From the NCBI GenBank assembly GCA_963843575.1, contig CAWJKZ010000010.1:448001-512000 (forward strand): 64,000 nt of DNA. The letters are read 5' to 3'. Origin of the DNA: an uncultured Acidobacteriota bacterium. GTDB taxonomy: Bacteria; Acidobacteriota; UBA6911. Position 1 is the stretch's first letter; every line of letters starts with the position of its first letter. Both the position numbers and the translations under genes were made by a program. Under the pieces are notes generated by a model. It did not search any database. It was not told where the DNA came from and worked only from the letters and a program-made list of their open reading frames with translations. Positions 21,484 to 29,791 of this stretch are shown here, piece by piece.

Positions 21484-24400
21484 ATGCGGACAACGGAGCA
21501 GGGGGCCCTGGCGGGCTCGCGGGTGACCCTCGTGCTCGCCTGCGCGCTTTCGGGGCTCATCCCGAAGGGGGCTGGCGCGACGGTCGTGCACGAGCAGGCG
21601 GTGGCGGGCGGCTCCAGCGGCTCCGCGAGCGTCGCCACCGCAAGCGCCGTGACGGCGGCGGGCGGCAACCTCTACCTGGCGGCGATCGCCACCAAGGCCG
21701 GGGGCGTTTCGGTCAGGTCCGTCAGCGGCCTGGGACTCGCCTGGAGCCTGGTAAGGGCCCAGTGCGCCGGGCGGAACCAGACCCGGGCGGAGGTGTGGCG
21801 GGGAGCCGGGACACCAGCGGCCAGCGGGGTGGTGAGCGCCACCCTGAGCGGTGCCGCCTCCAACGCCGTCATCGAAGTGTCGCGCTATTCCGGTGCGGAC
21901 GGCGTCGCCCCGATAGGAAACGTCGTCTCGGCAAACACCACCGGCGCGAACGGAGCGTGCGGCGGCGGCGTGGACAGCGCGGCTTACTCGGTGAGCCTGA
22001 CCACGTCGCTGCCAGAGGCCGTGGCCTACGGGGCGGTGGCCATGCGTAACCGAACCCACACGCCGGGCAGCGGCTACACGGAGCGGTTGGAGAAACTTCA
22101 AGGGAGCGGCGGCAACGCGGCCGGAGCCGCCACCATGGACCGCACCGTAACCTCCGCCTCCGCCGTGCCGGTCAACGGGACCTTCAGCGGCAACGTGGAC
22201 TGGGCGGTCGTAGCACTCGAGATCCGGCCGGGCGGCGGGGCGAACCGCGCGCCGGTGGCGCAGGACCAGTCGGTGAACGTTTTCCTGGATACCGCCAGAA
22301 CGATACTTCTGACCGCCACCGACCCTGACGGGGACCCCTTATCCTACGGGGTGATTACTCAGCCGCTGCACGGCCTTCTCACGGGTAGCGCGCCAAACCT
22401 CACCTACACCCCCGGTCCCGGTTACCTCGGCGCCGACAGCTTCACCTTCCACGCCAGCGACGGGCAGGCCGACAGCAACGCGGCTGCCGTTTCCATCACG
22501 GTGACGTCAGGCTCCTCTGTCCTTGACGCAAAGGTCGCGCACGCCCTCGATTTCGCCGCCAGCCGGCTCGACTTTACGTCGCGCTCCATCGACGCGACGG
22601 ATTACCCCTTCTCGGCCTCGGGCACGTCGTGGAATCTCGACAGCGCCAGCAGCTGGGGGAGCGGATTCTTCCCCGGCGCCCTGTGGTGGATGCACGAGCG
22701 CTCCGGGGAATCGCTGTGGCGGACGCGGGCCGAAGCGTGGACCGCCGGGCTCGAGTCCCAGAAGACCAGGACCGACACCCACGACGTCGGGTTCATCATC
22801 TACAACAGTTTTGGCCGGGGCTACGGACTCACGGGCTACGGGACGTACGCGCAGGTGGCGCGGACGGCCGCCGGAGCGCTCGCGACGCGCTACAGCCCTG
22901 TCGTCGGGTGCACCCGGTCGTGGGACGGGAGCAACTTCACGGTCATCATCGACAACATGATGAACCTCGAGCTGCTCTTCTGGGCCGCCCGGAACGGGGG
23001 GGACCCCGCCTACTACGACATGGCCAGGAGCCACGCGGAAAAGACGATGCTCAACCACGTGCGCCCCGACGGGTCCACCTATCACGTCGTCGAATACAGC
23101 GAAAGCACCGGCGCCGTGGTGAGAAAGAGAACCGCGCAGGGATACTCGAATGGTTCGACCTGGTCCCGTGGCCAGGCTTGGGCCGTCTATGGATTCGCCA
23201 TGGCCTACCGTGAGACGGGCGACCAGCGCTTCCTCGAAACGGCAGGGAGGGCCGCCGACTATTTCCTCTCCCACCTGCCAACGGACCACGTGCCGCTCTG
23301 GGATTTCGACGTCCCGCCAACCGACCCACGACAGTACAAGGACTCCTCGGCTGCAGCGATCGCCGCGTCGGGGCTCCTGGAGCTGTGCCGGTACGCGGCG
23401 CTGCCGGAAGACCGCGAGCGTTACCGGCAGGGGGCCGCGGACATCCTGGACGCCCTGACGTCCCCCGCGTACCTCTCCGAGGGCACCTCGAGCCCGGCGG
23501 TCCTGCTCCACGGGGCGCGAAACGTCCCGAGCAACGGGGACGTCGACAATGGGCTCATCTGGGGCGACTACTACTTCATCGAAGCCCTGCGGCGGTACCA
23601 GGCCCTCGAGGCGCCGCAGCCGGGCGTGAGCTTCTCCGCGGCAAGCTCCAGCCTGACCGAGTCCGGCGGCACCGCTCAGCTCGCGGCGGGCCTCTCGGCC
23701 AAGAGCGCTCTCCCGGTCGCCGTCGATTACGTCGCCACAGGAGGCACGGCGACCTCCGGAACCGATTACGCCCCCGCGGCCGGCGCGCTCATCTTCGACC
23801 CGGGCCAGACGGCGAAGTCGATCGGGATCCGGGTCTTCGACGACACCCTCGTCGAAGGGAACGAGACGGTCGAGGTGACGCTCGGGTACGCCGTGGGCGC
23901 CGTCCCGGGGCCCGTTACCTCGCACGTTCTGACTATCCTCGACAACGACACGGGCACCTCTTTGCCTCTGCCGCCCGCGAACCTGACGGCAACCGCCGGG
24001 AATTCCCAGGTGGCGCTCGCCTGGAACGCCTCTTCCGGGGCGGCCAGTTACAGCGTGAAACGGAGCACGACCGCCGGCAGCGGGTACTCGGAGATCGCAT
24101 CAGGGGTTGCGGCTATGAGCTACACGGACACGGGCGTGACCAACGGGGCAACCTATTACTACGTGGTGACCGCGGTCAACGACGCGGGCGAGAGCGGAGC
24201 GTCGAATGAGGCCGTTGCCACACCAGCACAGGGGGGAACGGGAGTCGTCGCCTTCGAGGAAGTCCAGGGCGGCGGGTCGAGTTCGTCGGCCACGGTGGCG
24301 ACGGCGGCGGCCCTGACAGGGGCGGCCAACCACCTGTATCTGGCTGCAATCGCCACCAGGACCGGGAGTGTCTCGGTGCGGTCCGTCGGCGGCCTCGGCC

Positions 24401-24897
24401 TCGCGTGGACCCTGGTGAGGGCCCAGTGCGCGGGCCGGAACCAGACCCGCCTGGAGGTGTGGATGGCGCTGGGCGCGCCGACGGGAAGCGGCGTGGTGAC
24501 CGCCACCTTGAGCGCCTCGGCGTCGAATGCCGTCATCGAGGTGTCGCGCTACTCGGGCGTGAACGCGGCGGCGCCCCTCGGGAATGTGGTTTCGGCGAAC
24601 ACGATGGGCGGCGGCAGCGCGTGCGGCGGCGGCGTGGACAGCGCCTCGTATGCCGTGGGCCTGACCACCGGGGCGCCGAACGCCGTCGTCTATGGGGCGG
24701 TGGCGATGCGGAACCGGAGCCACACCCCGGGGGCCGGATACACCGAGCGCGCGGAGAAAATGCAGGGGAGCGGGGGCGAGGTGGCCGGTACAGCCGTCAT
24801 GGACCGCCCCGTGCCTTCCCCCTCGGCCGCGCCCGTCAACGGAATCTTCAGCAGCGCCGTGGACTGGGCGGTCGTGGGCATCGAGCTGAGGCCGTAA
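21484..24897 (+). CDS. Secreted multidomain protein: X - Ig-like - GH88 unsaturated glucuronyl hydrolase - Calx-beta - FN3 - X
   Basis: WGSGFFPGALW, THDVGF, VIIDNMMNLELL, WSRGQAW, KDSSAAAIAA, IWGDYYFIEAL; DDTLVEGNET; YYYVVTAVN; GGAGG RBS. Confidence 0.9.
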   Translation: MRTTEQGALAGSRVTLVLACALSGLIPKGAGATVVHEQAVAGGSSGSASVATASAVTAAGGNLYLAAIATKAGGVSVRSVSGLGLAWSLVRAQCAGRNQTRAEVWRGAGTPAASGVVSATLSGAASNAVIEVSRYSGADGVAPIGNVVSANTTGANGACGGGVDSAAYSVSLTTSLPEAVAYGAVAMRNRTHTPGSGYTERLEKLQGSGGNAAGAATMDRTVTSASAVPVNGTFSGNVDWAVVALEIRPGGGANRAPVAQDQSVNVFLDTARTILLTATDPDGDPLSYGVITQPLHGLLTGSAPNLTYTPGPGYLGADSFTFHASDGQADSNAAAVSITVTSGSSVLDAKVAHALDFAASRLDFTSRSIDATDYPFSASGTSWNLDSASSWGSGFFPGALWWMHERSGESLWRTRAEAWTAGLESQKTRTDTHDVGFIIYNSFGRGYGLTGYGTYAQVARTAAGALATRYSPVVGCTRSWDGSNFTVIIDNMMNLELLFWAARNGGDPAYYDMARSHAEKTMLNHVRPDGSTYHVVEYSESTGAVVRKRTAQGYSNGSTWSRGQAWAVYGFAMAYRETGDQRFLETAGRAADYFLSHLPTDHVPLWDFDVPPTDPRQYKDSSAAAIAASGLLELCRYAALPEDRERYRQGAADILDALTSPAYLSEGTSSPAVLLHGARNVPSNGDVDNGLIWGDYYFIEALRRYQALEAPQPGVSFSAASSSLTESGGTAQLAAGLSAKSALPVAVDYVATGGTATSGTDYAPAAGALIFDPGQTAKSIGIRVFDDTLVEGNETVEVTLGYAVGAVPGPVTSHVLTILDNDTGTSLPLPPANLTATAGNSQVALAWNASSGAASYSVKRSTTAGSGYSEIASGVAAMSYTDTGVTNGATYYYVVTAVNDAGESGASNEAVATPAQGGTGVVAFEEVQGGGSSSSATVATAAALTGAANHLYLAAIATRTGSVSVRSVGGLGLAWTLVRAQCAGRNQTRLEVWMALGAPTGSGVVTATLSASASNAVIEVSRYSGVNAAAPLGNVVSANTMGGGSACGGGVDSASYAVGLTTGAPNAVVYGAVAMRNRSHTPGAGYTERAEKMQGSGGEVAGTAVMDRPVPSPSAAPVNGIFSSAVDWAVVGIELRP

Positions 24898-25041
24898 CAA
24901 GAAATACGGTAACTTGACTAACGTTACCAGGACGCGGATTATCGCGGGTCGACGCGGATATCGACCGAACCAGCTCTATCTCAAGTATGCGTTTTGTTTG
25001 CCCTTCACCGGACGGGGATGGTGTATGTTGGCACGCACGCT

Positions 25042-25701
25042 ATGAGCGCAGAGCTTAAAGAGATCCTGCAGTTTTCGCTGGTGGCCCTGAGTTCCATCTT
25101 CTTCATCGTGGATCCGCTCGCAGCCATCCCCTCGTTCCTGGCGATGACGGCCGAGGACAGCGAGACCAAGCGAAGGCGCATGGCGCGCCAGGCCGCCTGG
25201 ACGTGTTTCCTGGTCCTGAGCCTTTTCTCGCTGGCCGGAAGCCTGATTTTCAGGCTCTTTAGCATCACGCTCCCGGCGTTTAAAATCGCCGGCGGGGTGG
25301 TGCTCTTCCTGATCGCCGTCGACATGCTGCAGGCCCGCCGATCCGGAACGCAGGAGGTCAGCGAAGAACGCCTCGAAGGAACGGAGAAGGAAGAGGTGGG
25401 AGTCACCCCGATGGGGATCCCGATGCTGGCCGGGCCCGGCGCGATCTCGACGGCCATGGTGCTGATGGGGCAGTCCCGCAGCTGGTGGCACACCATTCCC
25501 GTCTTCGTCGCGATCGCGGTCACGGCGCTGGTTTCCTACTTTGTGCTGGCGGGCGCCAGCCGGGTGCGGAAGTATCTCGGCGAGACCGGGATTCGCATCC
25601 TGATGCGGATGATGGGCCTGGTCCTGACCGCGATCGCCGTCCAGTTCGTGCTGAACGGCCTCATGGACATCGGGGCCATTCCCCACCGAACCGGCCACTA
25701 G
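25042..25701 (+). CDS. MarC family membrane protein
   Basis: IFFIVDPL, PAFKIAGG, PMGIPMLAGPGAIST, RMMGLVLTAIAVQF. Confidence 0.93.
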   Translation: MSAELKEILQFSLVALSSIFFIVDPLAAIPSFLAMTAEDSETKRRRMARQAAWTCFLVLSLFSLAGSLIFRLFSITLPAFKIAGGVVLFLIAVDMLQARRSGTQEVSEERLEGTEKEEVGVTPMGIPMLAGPGAISTAMVLMGQSRSWWHTIPVFVAIAVTALVSYFVLAGASRVRKYLGETGIRILMRMMGLVLTAIAVQFVLNGLMDIGAIPHRTGH

Positions 25702-25784
25702 CGCCCGGTCACTCCCGGCGGCGAGCCCGAACAGCTCCATCACGTTGGAGACCCAGAAAACGAGTGTCAAGATGGTCTCCGGAC

Positions 25785-25956
25785 AAGACAAGTGGGTCCG
25801 GGCTTCAGCCCGGACGCCGTTGCGGCCGCTCTAAGTGAGCCCGTCGCCACATAGATCAGATCAGAAGACGTCCGGGCTGAAGCCCGGACCCACTTGTCTT
25901 ACGGGCAGGGCGGGTGGTTCAACCGTTGGACAGCCTCTGAAGCCCGGACCCACTTG
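25785..25956. repeat. REP/REPIN cluster, family B
   Basis: Two inverted GTGGGTCCGGGCTTCAGCCCGGAC units, second spacer and a half unit. Confidence 0.93.
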
Positions 25957-25965
25957 GGGCTCGTC

Positions 25966-27849
25966 CTAATTGGATCGGGCGTGTTGAGAGAAGGGCATTT
26001 CCTGGCCGGCGTGGATGAGATAGAGGCGCCGGTGTGTGGTCTTGAGCGCTTCGATCAGCTCCGGGTAGGGTCGGTCGGTCACGTCCAGCAGCCCGATGTT
26101 GTAGTTCTCCCCGTCGAAACGACCGGTGCACGGCTGATCCGTCCACTGGAACCAGTGGGTCCCAATCAGCTCGGGCATCGCGAAGGCATTCTCGACATAG
26201 TAGCGGTACGCCACGCCTCGCTCAGCCTGGTCGCGCACCTGCACCAGGCTGGCCGACAGGCCGCCCCCCGGGGTACCGAAGTGGAACTCGCCTATCAGGA
26301 CAGGCTTGCCCGTGAGCTCGGCGATTCTCCTGACCCGGTCCGGCTGGACCTCGAAATCGTAGATGTTGACGCTGTAGACATCGAAGGCACGGGCGACCCG
26401 GATCTCGGCGTCGGTGGGCCGGCCGCCCGAACGCATCCCGAGGTTCAGGTGGTTGGGGTCGTATTTTTTCACGGCGCGGCTCGTGACCTGGACATACCGG
26501 TCGAAGGCGTCGTCGATGAACTGTTGGCGCCGCTCCGGGGTGTCCCCCGCGGCGAGCCACTCCTTCAGCCGACGCTGGGTCGCGGTCCCGGGGCCGTCCA
26601 GGATGAGCTGCACGGTCTGCAGTTCCTTTTGCGGGAAGGGGGGTTCGTTGGCGAGGAAATACCCGAGCAACCACGGGTCGTCCTTGCGCGGCAGGCACTG
26701 TCGCCGAGCCGACGCGTCGGCGTTTTCGGTGAATTCGGCGGAGTAGACATCGGGGAGCCCCAGGTAGCTCACCTTGGTCTCCCACCTCCCCAGTGGAATG
26801 ACGTAGGGCTTCTTGCGCGCGTCCCACAGGGCCGCGTGCGACCAGTTGGCGACGGTGTTCAGCCCCCACGAATCCATCCTGCGCAGGCTGTGGTCGACCC
26901 ACCGCTTCAGCCAGTCGGCGCCGAACCTGCGGTTGAGGTTCCAGGTGTAGAAAGAAGCGCCGACGTCGTCGTCGCGCCGCGCCGTCCGCAGTTGAGCCGG
27001 CGGGAGCGCCCGGAAGATACTCTCGCGGCCAGCGGTGCGCGTGTCCATAAAGGGGGTCACCACGTCGGAGCCGGCAGAGAGGAAGAGATGTCCGTCGGGG
27101 TCGACGAACCACCAGCGGTTGTCGATCCGTTCCGCACGGAAGAAACCGGTACCGGGGGTTTTCGCCTCAGCCGCCGCATACCCACCGTAACTGCAATAGC
27201 CGAAATCGCCGGGCGAGAGAGAGTCCTGCTCCGCCGCCCACGATTTCTCCAAGTCCGCTAGCGAAGACAACTTCCGGGGCGAAGGGTGCCGGATCGATTG
27301 GCCTAGTTCATCCACCAGGGGCTCTGCTTCGAGGATCGCATCGGCCACAGGCTCCGCACTGACCCGGATCGAACGGATTTCCAGCTTTGGGGAGCCGATG
27401 GGGCGCTGCATCGCGAATCCGATCGCCTGGACGCCGCGCAGCGGGCGGAAAGGGCCCCACAGCCCGAGGAAATATCCTGCGCGGGAGCGATTGCCCACGG
27501 CGGCCATGTCTCCACCCGTGCGAGGGGGTTCGGCCAGCGTCCGGACGGGGATGGCGGCGCGTATCCACACGAGAGGATACGGGTGCAGCAGGACCCGGCT
27601 GTACCCTTCCCCGGTGTGGACCCGCAGATCGAATCTCTGGGTCGAGGTCGCGCGCATTTCGAGGACGAGACACCCGTCCGGCGGCCAATCCGCGGGCGGC
27701 GTGGGAGAGATCTCGCCCAGCGGGATCCGCCACTCCGAAACTTCGAGCGAGCTGTCGAAAATGAACTCATGTGCAGCCGGACGAGGCTGCGCGCCACCGG
27801 GGACCGGCATGACGGAAAGCAGCAACGCGAGCTGAATCATCAGTCTCAT
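25966..27849 (-). CDS. GH50 beta-agarase-like glycoside hydrolase
   Basis: RWWFVDPDGHLF, WGLNTVANWS, GYFLANEP, LIGEFHFG, HWFQWTDQP, RFDGENYNIG. Confidence 0.85.
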   Translation of the reverse strand: MRLMIQLALLLSVMPVPGGAQPRPAAHEFIFDSSLEVSEWRIPLGEISPTPPADWPPDGCLVLEMRATSTQRFDLRVHTGEGYSRVLLHPYPLVWIRAAIPVRTLAEPPRTGGDMAAVGNRSRAGYFLGLWGPFRPLRGVQAIGFAMQRPIGSPKLEIRSIRVSAEPVADAILEAEPLVDELGQSIRHPSPRKLSSLADLEKSWAAEQDSLSPGDFGYCSYGGYAAAEAKTPGTGFFRAERIDNRWWFVDPDGHLFLSAGSDVVTPFMDTRTAGRESIFRALPPAQLRTARRDDDVGASFYTWNLNRRFGADWLKRWVDHSLRRMDSWGLNTVANWSHAALWDARKKPYVIPLGRWETKVSYLGLPDVYSAEFTENADASARRQCLPRKDDPWLLGYFLANEPPFPQKELQTVQLILDGPGTATQRRLKEWLAAGDTPERRQQFIDDAFDRYVQVTSRAVKKYDPNHLNLGMRSGGRPTDAEIRVARAFDVYSVNIYDFEVQPDRVRRIAELTGKPVLIGEFHFGTPGGGLSASLVQVRDQAERGVAYRYYVENAFAMPELIGTHWFQWTDQPCTGRFDGENYNIGLLDVTDRPYPELIEALKTTHRRLYLIHAGQEMPFSQHARSN

Positions 27850-27944
27850 GGTCCACCTTCCCGGGTGAGGCCGGGGTCGGGCTGACTCCGCCCGCAGTGA
27901 GCACACTTGCAGTGTCTTGGTCCTAAAAAGGGATTAGCCGAACC

Positions 27945-27973
27945 CCGGGGCCGCGCCGTCTGCCGCGGCCCCG
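27945..27973 (-). terminator. GC hairpin after the SYLF gene
   Basis: CGGGGCCGCG/CGCGGCCCCG stem; poor U tract. Confidence 0.35.
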
Positions 27974-27984
27974 TCGCTTCGGTT

Positions 27985-28683
27985 TCACTTGTTTTCCGAT
28001 TTATTCTTGGGCGATTTCTGGTTCAGGATCCTGAGGAGTGGCCCAGCCGACGCCGGAGCCTTGACCGCCGACTCGGCGATGATCTGGGTGGCATTCAGCT
28101 CCTTGCCGTAAAGGTTCTTGTTGGCACCGCCGTCGGACCTGAGCGTCGATCCCTCGAGCGAGACTCCGGCGAACAGGCCGCGAGAGCGGGAGTAGCTGAG
28201 GATCTCGGCCTTCATCACCACGTCGGTCGCCACCTGCGCGCTACGGCCTTTCGGGCCGCCGGCGGCGGAGGCGTCCGCGCCCAGCTTGACCTTGCTGTTG
28301 AGGACCGATCTCGCCCCCTTGTCGTTCATGACGAGCAGGACGAAGTCCGTCGCCTGACCGCCGAGCTGCAGGCCGATGTTGCCCCCCTCGAGCGCATACA
28401 TGGCGGGTGCGCCCCACGGCCCGGTGTAGTTCTTGCCGGAACGGCATATCATGGCGCCCCTGCCGTAGCTGGCCCCAAGGCCGATCGCGAACTTCTTCAC
28501 CGAGGGGAATATGAGCACGCACTCGGCCTTGTCGAGCAGTTCCTGCGGGATGCTGTCCGGCACGTCGAGGATCTCCTTCATGACGTTGCCGCACTCTTTG
28601 AGCCTGTCCTGCTCTTTTCCCTGTGAAAAGGCCTGCGCGGCGACGAATAGCGAAACAAGACACACAGCCCATAGTTTGCGCAT
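27985..28683 (-). CDS. Lipid-binding SYLF / Ysc84 domain protein
   Basis: Signal peptide, IPQELLDKAEC, GLQLGGQATDFVL, SYSRSRGLFAGVSLEG. Confidence 0.93.
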   Translation of the reverse strand: MRKLWAVCLVSLFVAAQAFSQGKEQDRLKECGNVMKEILDVPDSIPQELLDKAECVLIFPSVKKFAIGLGASYGRGAMICRSGKNYTGPWGAPAMYALEGGNIGLQLGGQATDFVLLVMNDKGARSVLNSKVKLGADASAAGGPKGRSAQVATDVVMKAEILSYSRSRGLFAGVSLEGSTLRSDGGANKNLYGKELNATQIIAESAVKAPASAGPLLRILNQKSPKNKSENK

Positions 28684-28851
28684 CGAAAGCCTCCTCCGTT
28701 TCAAGCCTTGCCCGCCCCGGATCCGGTGAATAAACCAGCGGATGGGCTGAATCCCAGGGCCGCGTCGAACCGCCGCGGCCCACCGGCGACGACGACAGTA
28801 CCACGGGGCGGCCGGGGGCCGCAACCCGACGTCACCTCCCGAACCCGGATT

Positions 28852-28881
28852 CGAAAGGCAAGGCCTTTCGTTTTCTGCTTT
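28852..28881 (+). terminator. Intrinsic terminator-like hairpin in a divergent intergenic region
   Basis: CGAAAGGC-AAG-GCCTTTCG followed by TTTTCTGCTTT. Confidence 0.55.
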
Positions 28882-28984
28882 GAGCGCGGTGTGCGTAGGA
28901 CTACAATCGGGCCGGTTGAACCCAGGTTCCACTATCCCCGTGTGACCGTCGCGCAGGCGCGCTTCCCGGCGACCTGCGGAGATC

Positions 28985-29656
28985 ATGGATCCCAAGAGGC
29001 GCACCATGGGAAAGGCCAGGTTCAATGCTCTCATACTGAACGCGGACGGGCGCAACGATGCCCGCGTCCGAACGACCCAGGTACTCCGAGCAGCGGGATT
29101 TGAAGTGTGCGGGGTCGAAACCGGACACGCGGCCCTCCTCGAAGCCTTCCGTCGCTGCCCCGACGTCCTCCTGCTGGTCATGGGGCTTTGCGACATGAGC
29201 GGCTTCGACCTCTGCCGCCACGTGAAGCAGGATCCCCGAACCTGCACGACGATGGTGCTCGAGGTCTCGGGCCCCTCGGCCGGCGAGCGCGTGCGCGGCC
29301 TCGAGACGGGCGCAGACTGGTTCCTTACCGAGCCGCTGGACGACGAGGAACTGATCGCCGTCCTCAACACGCTCGTCAGGCTGCGCTGGACCCAGGAGCA
29401 ACTCCGGCAACGGGTCGATGAACTGGAGTGCCTGAGTCACGTGGCCGGAGCTCTCCAGGGACGAGACGATACGGTTGCCCGGCTCTCGCTCGAATTCACC
29501 GCCCCGCTCGACTGCATTTCCACGTGGGCCCGCATCCTCAAGTCCGCCGACGTGGAGAAACCGCTCCGGCAGCACGGGTTGGAGGCAATCGAGCACAACG
29601 CATCGCTCCTCCGCACCATCACGCGTGAACTGCTGGACAAAGTGACCCGCGGCTGA
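28985..29656 (+). CDS. Degenerate receiver domain plus HisKA-like helices, no HATPase
   Basis: PDVLLLV, DMSGFDLCR, GLETGADWFLTEP; SLEFTAPL...GLEAIEHNA...ELLD. Confidence 0.75.
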   Translation: MDPKRRTMGKARFNALILNADGRNDARVRTTQVLRAAGFEVCGVETGHAALLEAFRRCPDVLLLVMGLCDMSGFDLCRHVKQDPRTCTTMVLEVSGPSAGERVRGLETGADWFLTEPLDDEELIAVLNTLVRLRWTQEQLRQRVDELECLSHVAGALQGRDDTVARLSLEFTAPLDCISTWARILKSADVEKPLRQHGLEAIEHNASLLRTITRELLDKVTRG

Positions 29657-29757
29657 ACCGGGTGGGCCGCGGCGGCCCGCCGCAGCCTCCTGTGCCTCGT
29701 CGGGGCGGCGGTGGACGGCCCGCCGCGGTCCGGTTTAATCCCTCCTGTACCTCATCG

Positions 29758-29781
29758 GGGCGGGGCGGGCCGTCCCCGCCC
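29758..29781. terminator. Hairpin between convergent genes
   Basis: GGGCGGGG/CCCCGCCC stem. Confidence 0.4.
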
Positions 29782-29791
29782 ACTTCAAAAC

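Noticed and set aside
28745-28850. c-di-AMP (ydaO) riboswitch (GCTGAATCC, CCCGAACCCG)
   Set aside because: GGGGAACC and TCAGCTAACC segments are absent.
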